Shown: one piece after another, positions 29,301-39,202 of the stretch
Numbering within the stretch: the stretch's first letter is position 1
How the letters are laid out: every line of letters begins with the position of its first letter
Assembly: GCA_034520945.1 (NCBI GenBank)
Contig: JAXHNB010000002.1
Span: forward strand, 32,001 to 96,000
From: Trueperaceae bacterium
GTDB lineage: Bacteria; Deinococcota; Deinococci; Deinococcales; Trueperaceae
DNA length: 64,000 bases
Direction of reading: 5' to 3'
Position numbers and translations under genes: made by a program
Notes under the pieces: model-generated
What the model was told of the DNA's origin: nothing
The model's database searches: none
What the model saw: the letters and a program-made list of their open reading frames with translations, nothing else

Positions 29301-29870
29301 CTGCAGGCGGCTTCGCAGGTCGGCCAGGCGTGCCTGGTCCGCGGCCAGGGCTTCGTGCGCGCGCTGGGCGGCGCGCACCTCGTCCTCGGCGTGCGCCAGG
29401 GCCTGCCGTTCGGCCTGCCCGTGCCGCGCCTTGAGGGTGAATCCCGCCGCCTCGCGCGCCGCGTTCAGGTCGTAGCCCCCGCTGGCTTCGCGGGCCAACG
29501 CCTCGGCGATCCGCGCGTCGGTGTCGCCGAGGGCGGTGAGATCCTCGATGCGGAGGGTGTAGCACGGCAGCAGGTGCGGTTCGGGAAGCGGGGGGGCCGC
29601 GATCCGTACGCCTGCCCGGTGCCACGCCACCTCGTCGCCGATGCGGTGCGCCTGCAGCGTGCCCTCGTCGTCCTCGAAGTCGGCTTCGACGGTGACGCCG
29701 CGTGCGCGGTAGGCGCTCGGGTCCAGCAACGCCACGACCGCGCGAACCACGCTGCTCTTGCCCGAGGCGTTGGGGCCGACCAGCACGTTGATGCCGCCGC
29801 TCAGGCCGTCCAGCTGAAACGGCGTCTCGATCCCGGGCAGACGGTCGATGCGGAGGCGGGCGAGCTTCAC
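26356..29870 (-). CDS. YhaN/SbcC-like AAA ATPase with long coiled coil and central TM hairpin, copy 1; -1 indel in G-run 26485-26490
   Basis: GPNASGKS Walker A, LSTGT signature, LFLDEAL Walker B; natural C-terminus LDAHARTRRVYQVLVQQLGH...AFRVG lies in the adjacent frame. Confidence 0.85.
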
Positions 29871-31156
29871 GAAGCGAGGTCCTCACGCTGGGCCAACAGC
29901 ACGTCCAGCGCGCGCAGGGCGGCCGCATCCAGCAGTTCGGCGATTCGTTCGTCGTCCAACGGCTCGGTGCCGACGTCGCGAAGGTAGCGACTCTCCCGCA
30001 CGCTCCGGAGGTGGGGTCGCGCCTCCTGGATCAGGTCCTGGCGGGCCGGATCGTCCTGGCCCTCGCGGAGCAGCAGCAGGCGTGCCGCCACCAGGCCGAC
30101 GGGGTCGCTGGCGTGCGCCAGCGCGTGCAGGTCGACCTCGGGCAGGGCGTCCAGATGCCAGGCGTGCACGAAGTAGGCGACATCGCCGCGGTGCTGCACG
30201 CTGCGCCTGGGGTCGTCCGCCTCGAGGAGGCGCCGGATCTCCCGCCGGTAGCGGGTGCGGCCGCCCAGACGCAGGCGGCACCCCACGGCGCGTGGGCGGT
30301 GCGTCCCGCTCGCCACCCGCCGGTCCAACGCGTCCAGCGCGGCGGCGATGCGGACGTGTACCTGCTCGGGCGCCGCCAACTCGCTGACGTCGATGGGCAC
30401 CTCCTCCCACCGGAGGGGCGCCAGCGGTAGGTGCGTCACGGACAGTGTGCCGTCCTGGGTCACCTCGAGGAGCCAGGGGCCGTGCGGGCCGGGCTCGCCC
30501 GGGTCGGTGCCGACCAGCGAGCCGAGGTACCCCATCGGGCGCGGCCCGGGCGCGAGGTCGGGGGCGTGGAGGTGCCCCAGCAGCCAGGCGTCCACGGGGG
30601 CGGCGCGCAGGTCGGCGCTGCGGACCGGGGCGTAGGGGCTGCCGCTCGCGTCCCGGTCGGCGTGCAGCAGGCCGATCACGGGGAGCGCGTCCTCGCGCGG
30701 GGGCAGCCCGTCCGCGAGCGGGTCGCCGGGTGCGGTGTCGTGCGGGAACGACCAGCCCAGGATGTGGGCCTGCACCCCGTCTGCGCCGGTGAGCGTCTCG
30801 GCCTGCCAGCGGCCGTCGCGGCCGAGCAATGTCACGCCGGACACCGCCTCCGCCAGTCGGGGCAGGACGCGCACGTCGTGGTTGCCGGACACCGCCAGCA
30901 CCCGGATTCCGGCGTCGGCCAGCTCCTCGGCGCCACTGCGCAGGTCGGCGTACGCTTCGAAGAAGTCGCTGTCGTCGTCGACCACGTCGCCGGCCAAGAG
31001 CACGGCGTCCACCGACAGCTGGCGCGCCTCCGCCACCGTGCGGCGCCAGGCGGCGGCGGGCCCCAGCTCCGCCGCGCGCACGCTGGGCGCGAGCCCCTCT
31101 GGCAGCCGCGAGGGTTGACGGCCGAGGTGAAGGTCCGCGCAGCACAGCAGCTTCAT
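29867..31156 (-). CDS. YhaO/SbcD/Mre11-like DNA repair exonuclease, copy 1
   Basis: ADLHLG, AGDVVD, GNHD, GLLHAD, LGHLH metallophosphoesterase motifs. Confidence 0.9.
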   Translation of the reverse strand: MKLLCCADLHLGRQPSRLPEGLAPSVRAAELGPAAAWRRTVAEARQLSVDAVLLAGDVVDDDSDFFEAYADLRSGAEELADAGIRVLAVSGNHDVRVLPRLAEAVSGVTLLGRDGRWQAETLTGADGVQAHILGWSFPHDTAPGDPLADGLPPREDALPVIGLLHADRDASGSPYAPVRSADLRAAPVDAWLLGHLHAPDLAPGPRPMGYLGSLVGTDPGEPGPHGPWLLEVTQDGTLSVTHLPLAPLRWEEVPIDVSELAAPEQVHVRIAAALDALDRRVASGTHRPRAVGCRLRLGGRTRYRREIRRLLEADDPRRSVQHRGDVAYFVHAWHLDALPEVDLHALAHASDPVGLVAARLLLLREGQDDPARQDLIQEARPHLRSVRESRYLRDVGTEPLDDERIAELLDAAALRALDVLLAQREDLAS

Positions 31157-31253
31157 GTGCGTTCCATCGTCGCACGCGCGCGCCAGGCGCGGGCCAGGAG
31201 CCGGGTGTGCGGCCCACGGAGCGTGGGCCGCGGCCGAAGGACGCCGGGCAGCC

Positions 31254-32159
31254 TCAGGCGCCGATGCCGACCAGGGGATCGCCCTGGTTGATCGCCAGGC
31301 TGCTCACCCCGAACAGGACGCGCCCGTCGATGGGGCTGACGGCCTCCTGCAGCGGTTCGCCCAGCAGGGAGCGCAGCGTGCCCACCGCCTGGCCGGCTCG
31401 GAGGCGCTGGCCGGCGGTGACGGTCGGATACCACAGGCCGTCGTGCTCGGCGCGCAGCCACGCGAACTCCCGTAGCACCGTCGCGTCCGGCGCCTCCCCT
31501 TCGCCGTCGCGCATGCCGAGGTGCGCCATGACGCGCGTCACGCCGTCCGCCAGGCGGCCCACCTCCGCCTCGGGGCGCAGTCCCTGGCCGCTGGCCTCCG
31601 GCAGGATCGCCGGGATGCTCCGCGCCGCGGCGGCGGTGATGGTCGACCCGAACCCCTCGGACGCGATCAGGGTGGGGATGCCGAACGCGCGGGCGAGCGC
31701 CTCTGCGGCACCGTCGCCGGCCGCGAAGAGCGTGAACGGGTCCAGGGGCTCGATCAGGTCGCCGCCGTGCAGGTCCACGTACGCGTCGGCGGCGGCGATG
31801 AACTCGGTCGTGAACCAGTGCGCCAGCCGCTGCGAGAACGTCCCGCTCGCGTCGCCCGGGAACTGGCGGTTGAGGTTCTTGCCGTCCACGGGGTTCACGT
31901 AGATGGTTCGGGCGAAGAACGACGGCGGGCACAGGATCGGCACCACCACCAGCGTGCCGCGGAGCGTGGCGGGATCTACGTCCATCGCCCGGTAGGCCGC
32001 CTCGATCGAGGCGTACTCCGCGCCGTGCACGCCGGCGCTGAGCAGCAGCGTCGGCCCGTCGGTGGCACCGCGAATCACGGCGTAGGGCAGTTCGATGGCG
32101 GGGGAGACGTCGGGCGCAGCATCCCGCGGTGGGTGCGGCCCGCGGCGAAGCGGGTGGGG
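31254..32159 (-). pseudogene. M14 succinylglutamate desuccinylase/aspartoacylase-family gene, copy 1, 5'-truncated at the duplication junction
   Basis: GVHGAE, NLNR, DLHGG motifs; lacks the MFD start of copy 2 and has a 1-nt deletion near 32112. Confidence 0.7.
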
Positions 32160-32383
32160 CCGCCAACGATGGTCGTGAGGCCCGCCGACGATGGCGTTCT
32201 GTGCAACCGTGATGTCGATTGCCTCCGCGTGTCGAACTCCGGCCTGCGCCTCTCCATAGCGCCTCGAGGCCGAGAAGATCGAGGCCAGTGCGTTCATGTT
32301 GCTACCCGAATCGTATTGCTGCGACGAGAGGTGTCCCCGGCGGTCCCGACGCTTCGGGACCTTACGATCCAACGACCGCCGGG
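32160..32383. other. Unique 224-bp spacer between the two copies
   Basis: Not recognised elsewhere in the window; minus strand from 32297 reads MNALASIFSASRRYGEAQAGVRHAEAIDITVAQNAIVG. Confidence 0.8.
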
Positions 32384-32497
32384 CCCGCCCGTGTACCATG
32401 AGTTCCGGCCGCATCAATGATCGTGCCCACGCCCCGTGCCGATCCGCCCCGGAACCCGGGCAAACACGGCACCGGCGCGACCCCCGGAGGAGGACCC

Positions 32498-33415
32498 ATG
32501 CCCTACATGCTTCGCCGTTCCCTGTTCGCCGTCCTGCTGCTCGCGTTCGTTCCGCTGGCGCTGGCCCAGCAGGCCCGCGTCGCCGTGATGACGCCCTATC
32601 TGGCCTCGGCCACCACGCGGATCATGGTCGAGGAGCTCGAGGCGGCGCTTCAAGAGATGGACTACGCCGTGAACGTGATCGATACCGCCGGCGACGTCGG
32701 CGCGTTGGACGGACGCATTCAGGACGTGGTGACGCAGGACGTCGACGCGATCGTGCTGTCCGTCAACCCCGAACTGGTGCCCGCCGCGGTCGAGAACGCC
32801 AACGACGCCGGCATCCCGGTGTTCGGGATGGACGCCGGGTCCACGCAGGGGCTGGTGCAGGACGTGACATCCAACAACTACGCCATGGCGGCGCAGACCG
32901 CGACCTATCTGGTGGACGCGATTCAGGGCGAGGGCCGCGTGCTGATGCTGGTGCACCCCCCCTACGCGCCGGTGCAGAAGCGCGGCGTGGTGGCGCGCGC
33001 CATCTTCGACAACACGCCCGACGTCGAGGTGATGGACGAGGTGTTCGTCGACGTGCCCGGCCCCCTGGAGAACGCCCGCAACGCCGTCGAGGCGGTGTTG
33101 ACCGCCAACCCCGAGCCGGGCGCCATCGCGGGCATCTGGGCGGCCTGGGACGAGCCCGCCCTGGGGGCGCTGCAGGCCATCGAATCGCAGGGCCGCGCGG
33201 ACGAGGGCATCGTCATCGTCGGGCTCGACGCGATCGATCCCGCACGCGCGGCGATCGCGGACGGTGGCCCGTTCCAAGCGACGGTGGCGCAGGACTTCGA
33301 AGCGATCGCGAACACCGTGGCGGAGCGCGTGGACGCCTACCTGGACGGTGAGGAGCCCAGCCAACGATCGATCTACATCCCGGCGTCCCTGTTGACGCAG
33401 GACGAGCTTCGCTGA
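32498..33415 (+). CDS. Monosaccharide ABC substrate-binding protein, copy 2
   Basis: Near-identical to 15404..16321. Confidence 0.9.
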   Translation: MPYMLRRSLFAVLLLAFVPLALAQQARVAVMTPYLASATTRIMVEELEAALQEMDYAVNVIDTAGDVGALDGRIQDVVTQDVDAIVLSVNPELVPAAVENANDAGIPVFGMDAGSTQGLVQDVTSNNYAMAAQTATYLVDAIQGEGRVLMLVHPPYAPVQKRGVVARAIFDNTPDVEVMDEVFVDVPGPLENARNAVEAVLTANPEPGAIAGIWAAWDEPALGALQAIESQGRADEGIVIVGLDAIDPARAAIADGGPFQATVAQDFEAIANTVAERVDAYLDGEEPSQRSIYIPASLLTQDELR

Positions 33416-33468
33416 GCGCGTGAGCAGCCGACCGGGACGCCCCGCCCGCCGGGGGCGGGGCCGCCCCC

Positions 33469-34995
33469 TTGCTGGCGGTGCGGGGCGCCTCGAAGCGTTT
33501 CGACGGCGAAGTCGCGTTGGAGGACGCCTCGCTGGAGGTGCGCGCCGGCGAGGTGCACGCGCTGATGGGCGAGAACGGGGCCGGCAAGTCCACCCTGATC
33601 AAGCTTCTGGCCGGCGTCGAGATTCCCGACGCGATGCAGCTCGAGGTGTGCGGCCGGCCCGAGCGTGTGGGCGGACCCGGCGACGCCGGCCGCTTGGGCC
33701 TGCGGTTCATCCACCAGGAGCTCAACGTGGTGCCGGCGTTGTCGGTGGCCGAGAACATCTTCCTCGGGCACGACTATCCGCGGCGCATGACGGGTCTGGT
33801 GGATTGGCGCGCGCTGCGGGCTCGGGCCCGCGACACGTTGGCGGGGCTTGGCGTCCGCCACATCGATCCCGCCGTGCCGATGAGCCGCCTCGGCACCGGC
33901 GACGCCATGCTGGTGTCGATCGCGCGGGCGTTCGTGGAGCCGGCCGGCGCGGGCGAGCGCGGCCTGGTCTACGTCATGGACGAGCCCACCGCCGCGCTCT
34001 CCCGTCACGAGACGGCGCTGCTGTTCGAGGTGGTGCGAGGCCTGCGCAGCCGCGGGGCGGGGGTGCTGTACGTCTCGCACCGCATGGAGGAGATCTTCGA
34101 GATCGCCGACCGCATCACCGTCCTGCGCGACGGGCGGGTGGTGCGCACCGTCGCGAGCGAGGACGCCACGCGCGAGGGGCTGATCCACGCCATGACCGGG
34201 CGGGCCCTGGACGGCAGCTACGGCGGCGCCTCGCAAGGCGGGCCCCAAGACGATGCCCGCGCCGGCGCGCCGGCCCTGGAGGCGCGCGAGCTGCGCACGG
34301 CCGACCTGCACGGGGTGTCGCTGAAGGTGTGGCCCGGCGAGGTGGTGGGCGTGACCGGCCTGGCCGGGTCGGGCCGCACCGAGCTTCTGCGGGCGTTGCT
34401 CGGGGCCGACCCGCTCCGTGCGGGCCAGGTCCTGTTGGCCGGCCAGGAGGTGCGCCTCCGGCATCCCGCCGAGGCGTGGGCGGCCGGGCTGGCGTACGTG
34501 CCCGAGGAGCGCCGCAGCCAAGCGCTGGCGATGGGGGCCGACGTGCGGCGCAACCTGTTGCTGCCGCACCTGGCCCGAGTGTCCACCTTCGGTGTCGCCG
34601 ACCGCCGCCGCGAACGGCGGGAGGCGGATGCCTGGGGTCGCGAGGTGGGCCTGCGCGCCCGTGGTCCGCACCAGGCGGTGCACGAGCTCTCCGGCGGAAA
34701 CCAGCAGAAGGTGGTGCTGGCACGGGCGTTGGCGGCGCGGCCGCGGGTGCTGTTGTTGGACGAGCCGACCCGCGGCGTCGACGTCGGTGCGAAGGCCGAC
34801 ATCTACCGGCTGGTCCGCCAGGCGGCGGCGGACGGCGCGGCGGTGCTGCTGGCGTCGTCCGACCTGGACGAGGTGCTCGGCGTGTGCGAGCGTGTCCTGG
34901 TGCTGCACGAGGGGCGCATCACGCACGAACGGCCGGTCGCGACGCTGGACCGCGGTGCGCTGCTGGAGTTGTGCTACGGCGGGGCGGCCGCATGA
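33469..34995 (+). CDS. Sugar ABC ATP-binding protein, copy 2
   Basis: Near-identical to 16375..17901. Confidence 0.92.
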   Translation: MLAVRGASKRFDGEVALEDASLEVRAGEVHALMGENGAGKSTLIKLLAGVEIPDAMQLEVCGRPERVGGPGDAGRLGLRFIHQELNVVPALSVAENIFLGHDYPRRMTGLVDWRALRARARDTLAGLGVRHIDPAVPMSRLGTGDAMLVSIARAFVEPAGAGERGLVYVMDEPTAALSRHETALLFEVVRGLRSRGAGVLYVSHRMEEIFEIADRITVLRDGRVVRTVASEDATREGLIHAMTGRALDGSYGGASQGGPQDDARAGAPALEARELRTADLHGVSLKVWPGEVVGVTGLAGSGRTELLRALLGADPLRAGQVLLAGQEVRLRHPAEAWAAGLAYVPEERRSQALAMGADVRRNLLLPHLARVSTFGVADRRRERREADAWGREVGLRARGPHQAVHELSGGNQQKVVLARALAARPRVLLLDEPTRGVDVGAKADIYRLVRQAAADGAAVLLASSDLDEVLGVCERVLVLHEGRITHERPVATLDRGALLELCYGGAAA

Positions 34996-35999
34996 GCACC
35001 GAGTCGTCCGCCCCGGCGGTGCGTGGCGGCCCGTCGCGACGCCTGCGCGCGCTCCGTCGCTACGGCACGCTGGTGGGTCTGTTAGCCATCATCGGGGTGT
35101 TCTGGACCCTGCGGCCGGACACCTTCATGACGATCGGCAACTGGCTCAACATCACCCAGCAGGTGTCGATCCTGGCGGTGGTGGCGTTCACCAGCACGGT
35201 GGTGATGGTGACCGGCGCCTTCGACCTGTCGGTCGGCACGCTGGCCAGCCTGAGCGGCATGATCGCGGCGGGCCTGATGCAGGCGGGCTACCCCATCCCG
35301 GTCGCGATCATCGTGGCCCTGGCTGCGGCCGCCGCCGCGGGCGTGCTGAACGGTCTGCTGGTGGCGTACCTGCGCATCGTGCCGTTCGTGGCGACGCTGG
35401 GGACGCTCACCATGTTCGGCGGGTTCGCGCTGCTGGTGTCGGGCGGAAGCACCATCTACGGCCGCGCCATCCCCAGCGCGTTCGGGTCGTTCGGGCGGGG
35501 CGGCATCCCCTTGGGGACGTTCGACGGCCGCGCGGTGCTGCTCCCCAACCTCACGCTGGTGGCGGCGGGGGTGCTGCTGGCCACCTGGGTGCTGCTGGAG
35601 CACACCACCTACGGCCGCCGCCTGTACGCCACCGGCGGCAACGTGGTCGCGGCCCGGCTGGCCGGGCTGCGCGTCCGGCGCCTGGTGCTCGGGGCGTTCA
35701 TGGTGAACGGGATCGGCGCCGGCATCGGTGGGCTGATGCTCACCAGCCGCCTGGCCTCCGCCAACCCCACGCAGGGCGACGGGCTGATGCTGAACGCCAT
35801 CGCCGCGGTGTTCCTGGGGGTCACGCTCAGCGAGGAGGGCGAACCGCGCGTGCTCGGCACCTTGGTGGGGGTGCTGATCCTGGGCGTGCTGGCCAACGGG
35901 CTGACCCAGCTCCAGATCGATACCTACGTCCAACAGGTGCTGACCGGCGCCATCGTGGTGGCCGCGGTCGCGTTCGGCAGCGTTTCGAAGCGCGGATGA
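34992..35999 (+). CDS. Sugar ABC permease, copy 2
   Basis: Near-identical to 17898..18905. Confidence 0.92.
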   Translation: MSTESSAPAVRGGPSRRLRALRRYGTLVGLLAIIGVFWTLRPDTFMTIGNWLNITQQVSILAVVAFTSTVVMVTGAFDLSVGTLASLSGMIAAGLMQAGYPIPVAIIVALAAAAAAGVLNGLLVAYLRIVPFVATLGTLTMFGGFALLVSGGSTIYGRAIPSAFGSFGRGGIPLGTFDGRAVLLPNLTLVAAGVLLATWVLLEHTTYGRRLYATGGNVVAARLAGLRVRRLVLGAFMVNGIGAGIGGLMLTSRLASANPTQGDGLMLNAIAAVFLGVTLSEEGEPRVLGTLVGVLILGVLANGLTQLQIDTYVQQVLTGAIVVAAVAFGSVSKRG

Positions 36000-36009
36000 G
36001 GGGAGGACC

Positions 36010-37530
36010 ATGACCGACGCAGGCGAGCAGGATGCGCTGGTGCTCGACGTCGGCACCAGCGCCGTGAAGGCGGCGGTGCTGACGCCGGACGGCACGGTCC
36101 GCGCCCAGGCGGCGGCGGAGATCGCCACGCGCACCGCCGAGGGCGGCGTGATGGAGCAGGACGCCAGCGCCTGGTGGGAGGCGACCCGCAGCGCGGTGGC
36201 GGGCCTGTCCGGCGCGGTGGACCTGGGTGGCGTGGGGCGCGTGGCGCTCACCGGCCAGATGCAGGATCTGACCCTGGCCGACGCGGATGGCCGGCCGCTC
36301 CGCCCCACCATCCTGTACGGCGACACCCGGGCGGTGCGCGAGGCCGCCGAGGTGAACGCGGCGGTCGGGGCGGCGCGCCTGCGCGACCTGAGCGGCAACG
36401 AACCGGACGCGGGCGGGCTGCTGGCCAAGCTGGCCTGGCTGCGCCGCCACGAACCCGGGACGTGGGCGAACACCGAGCGGATCTTCCTCGGCGCCAGCGA
36501 CGCGGTCGCGTTCCGCCTGACCGGGCGCGCCGCCTGCGACACCACCACCGCCTCCACCACCGGCCTGATGGCGCTGGAGGCCCGCGCGCCCCTCCCGAAC
36601 GAGGTGTTCGAGGCGCTGGGCATGGCCGGCGTGCCGGCGCGTTTGCCTCGCCTGGTCGCGGGCGGCACCGCGGTCGGGCCGCTCGCACCCGCGGCCGCAG
36701 ACGCCCTGGGCGTGCCGGCCGGCATCGCGGTGCACGTGGGGCCCGGCGACGCCGGCGCGACCACCGTAGGCGCCGGCAGCGGCGAGCCGGGGCCCGCCTC
36801 GGGGTACGTGGGGACCAGTGGCTGGGTGGCGTTCAGCGCAGCAGCGCGCGGCGACCCGGACGCAGGCGTGTTCACCCTCGCCCATCCTGCGCCGGGCCGG
36901 ACCATTCAGGTGGCGCCGCTGTTGACGGCCGGCGGCAACCTGGCCTGGGCGAGGGCCGCGCTGGGCGCGGGCGCCGACTACGAGGCGTTGATCGACGAGG
37001 CGCTGGACCGACCGCCCGGCCGCACCTTGTACCTGCCGTACCTGCAGGGCGAGCGCGCGCCGTTTCGGGATCCCGACGCGCGTGGCGCGTTCATCGGGCT
37101 CGAGCTCGGCACCACGCACCTGGACATGGTCAGGGCGGTGCTGGAAGGCGTGGCGTTCGCCTACCGGCACGCGTTGCGGGCGTTGCGGCCCGGCTCGGAC
37201 GAGGCGCTGGAGGGGCTGGCCCTGTCGGGGGGTGGCACGCGTTCGGCGGCGTGGTGTCAGCTGTTCGCCACCGTTCTGGGGGCGCCGGTGCGGGTGATGG
37301 ACGAGCCGGGCGCGGTGGGGGTGCGCGGGGCGCTTCGCTGCGCGCAGGTCGCGGCCGGCGACGCGCCGGACTACCGCGTCCGCCTGCGGGTCCGCACCTT
37401 CGAGCCCGACCCGGCCGCACGCGCCCACTACGACGCGCTGTTCGAGCAGTTCCTGCAGGCGTACGTGGGGCTCCGGCCGACGTTCCAAGGGCTGGCCCAG
37501 GTGCCGACCGCCTCGGGGGGCACGCCGTAG
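36010..37530 (+). CDS. FGGY carbohydrate kinase, copy 2
   Basis: Near-identical to 18916..20436. Confidence 0.9.
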   Translation: MTDAGEQDALVLDVGTSAVKAAVLTPDGTVRAQAAAEIATRTAEGGVMEQDASAWWEATRSAVAGLSGAVDLGGVGRVALTGQMQDLTLADADGRPLRPTILYGDTRAVREAAEVNAAVGAARLRDLSGNEPDAGGLLAKLAWLRRHEPGTWANTERIFLGASDAVAFRLTGRAACDTTTASTTGLMALEARAPLPNEVFEALGMAGVPARLPRLVAGGTAVGPLAPAAADALGVPAGIAVHVGPGDAGATTVGAGSGEPGPASGYVGTSGWVAFSAAARGDPDAGVFTLAHPAPGRTIQVAPLLTAGGNLAWARAALGAGADYEALIDEALDRPPGRTLYLPYLQGERAPFRDPDARGAFIGLELGTTHLDMVRAVLEGVAFAYRHALRALRPGSDEALEGLALSGGGTRSAAWCQLFATVLGAPVRVMDEPGAVGVRGALRCAQVAAGDAPDYRVRLRVRTFEPDPAARAHYDALFEQFLQAYVGLRPTFQGLAQVPTASGGTP

Positions 37531-37621
37531 GGAGGGGGCGAGCTGTCGCGCTCCGGCCGGCTGCGCCGGTGCGCAGGGGAATTGTGCCGGGGCGCACGCC
37601 CGGCTTGCGAGACGTGACCTA

Positions 37622-37635
37622 ACCTACCGGTAGGT
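37622..37635. promoter_or_regulatory. Palindrome ACCTACCGGTAGGT, probable TetR operator, copy 2
   Basis: Same as 20528-20541. Confidence 0.65.
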
Positions 37636-38190
37636 ATGGGTGTTCGGGAGCAGATCCTCACGGCCGCGGAACGGGCCTTCGCGGCACGCGGCTACGCGGG
37701 CACGCAGGTCGGCGAGATCGCGGGGGAGCTGGGGCTCACCAAGGCCGCCATCTACCACTACTTCGAGTCCAAGCGGGCGCTGCTCACCACGCTCCTCGAC
37801 GAGAGCCTTGCCGCCGCGCAGCACGCGCTGACCATGGAGGCACCGCTGGCCTCCCGGCTGCACGCCTACGCCGACGTGTACCGAGACCAACTCGAACCGC
37901 TGACCGCGGTGGCGACGGCGCAATCGACGCGTCGCGGCGGCGACCTGGAGGCGGGCCGCATCGCCGGTCGCTACATGCAGCGCAGCGTCGCGCTGCTGGA
38001 GGAGGCGCTGCGCGAGCACGTGGGCAACGAGCGCGCCGGGCTGCTGGCGCCCCTGTTCAGCACCATCGTGCACGGCGCGCACATGATGGCGCAGCACCAT
38101 CCCGGCGTGCAGCGGGAGGCGCTCGTCGACGAGGGCGTGCGGGTGTTCGTGCGGGGCATCGGCGGACCCTGGGAGGCGGAGGCGCGATGA
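37636..38190 (+). CDS. TetR-family regulator, copy 2
   Basis: Protein identical to copy 1. Confidence 0.93.
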   Translation: MGVREQILTAAERAFAARGYAGTQVGEIAGELGLTKAAIYHYFESKRALLTTLLDESLAAAQHALTMEAPLASRLHAYADVYRDQLEPLTAVATAQSTRRGGDLEAGRIAGRYMQRSVALLEEALREHVGNERAGLLAPLFSTIVHGAHMMAQHHPGVQREALVDEGVRVFVRGIGGPWEAEAR

Positions 38191-39107
38191 ACGTCGCGAT
38201 GGCGACACCGGCGCCGCACGAGTCGCTGGTGCGGTGCGCCGAGCTGGCGCGGGCGCACTCCACCACCTTCGCGTGGGGCGCGCGGGCGTTCCCGGCCGAC
38301 GAACGCCGTGCCGTCCTGGCGATCTACGCCGCCTGCCGGGCCGGCGACGACGCCGTCGACGAGGCGCCCGCCGGCGCCGATCCCGCCGCGCGTTTGGCGG
38401 CGTGGTGGGCGGGGATCGAGCGCGCCTACGCCGGTACGCCCACCGCCGGCGACGCGCGCGAGGAGGCGCTCGCCTGGGTGCTGTCGCGCTACCAGGTTCC
38501 GTTCGACGCCTTCTCCGAGCTGCACCTGGGGCTCCAGTCCGACCTGGCGCGCAGCCGTGTGGAGACGTTGGACGAATTGATGCTGTACTGCCGCCGGGTC
38601 GGCGGCGTGGTGGGGTGGATGATCACGCCGATCGCGGTCGAACACGCCACGCCCGAAATGCAGCGCGACGCCCTCGCGCTCGGCGAGGCGATGCAGCTCA
38701 CCAACATCCTGCGTGACGTGGGCGAGGACCTGCGCCTGGGCCGCCTCTACCTTCCGGCCCAGGCGCTGCATCGCTACGGCGTCCGCGAGGACGATCTGCA
38801 GGCGGGCCGCGTCACCGACGCCTACGTCGGGCTTCTGCGACACCTCGCCCGCCGCGCCGATCGCCTGTACCGCCAGGCCTGGCGCAGCATTCCTCGCCTC
38901 GAGGGGCGCGCCGCGTTGGCGGTCGGGCTCGCCGCCGACCAGTACCGCGGCATCCTCGGGACGCTGCGGCGCAACGGGTACGACAACCTGACCCGCCGTG
39001 CCAGCCTGACGCACGCGCAGCGCCTCGCCCTCGTCCCCCTCGCCGCAGCGCGCGTGATGGACGGACGCAGGCGGGCCGCGCGCCTCGGCCGAGGGGGGCG
39101 GCCGTGA
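38187..39107 (+). CDS. crtB: Phytoene synthase, copy 2
   Basis: Protein identical to copy 1. Confidence 0.93.
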   Translation: MNVAMATPAPHESLVRCAELARAHSTTFAWGARAFPADERRAVLAIYAACRAGDDAVDEAPAGADPAARLAAWWAGIERAYAGTPTAGDAREEALAWVLSRYQVPFDAFSELHLGLQSDLARSRVETLDELMLYCRRVGGVVGWMITPIAVEHATPEMQRDALALGEAMQLTNILRDVGEDLRLGRLYLPAQALHRYGVREDDLQAGRVTDAYVGLLRHLARRADRLYRQAWRSIPRLEGRAALAVGLAADQYRGILGTLRRNGYDNLTRRASLTHAQRLALVPLAAARVMDGRRRAARLGRGGRP

Positions 39108-39202
39108 CGCGCCCCGCCCGCTCGGCCGTGGTCACCGGGTCAGGGTTGGGGCGCGACGCCGGCGCGGCCGGTCCGCTCGGCGCGGTGGAGGTGGCCGGAT
39201 GA
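39104..39202 (+). pseudogene. 32-codon crtI-like remnant, copy 2
   Basis: Same sequence as 22010..22108. Confidence 0.55.

Larger units (their letters stand above)
15290..32159 (+). repeat. Tandem duplication, copy 1 (~16.9 kb)
   Basis: Colinear with 32384-49254 at constant offset 17094; all ORFs repeated. Confidence 0.95.

Noticed and set aside
33420..35999. 859-aa ORF suggesting a fused ABC protein in copy 2
   Set aside because: The N-terminal part is an off-frame read-through of the ATPase gene; the real permease starts at ATG 34992 as in copy 1.
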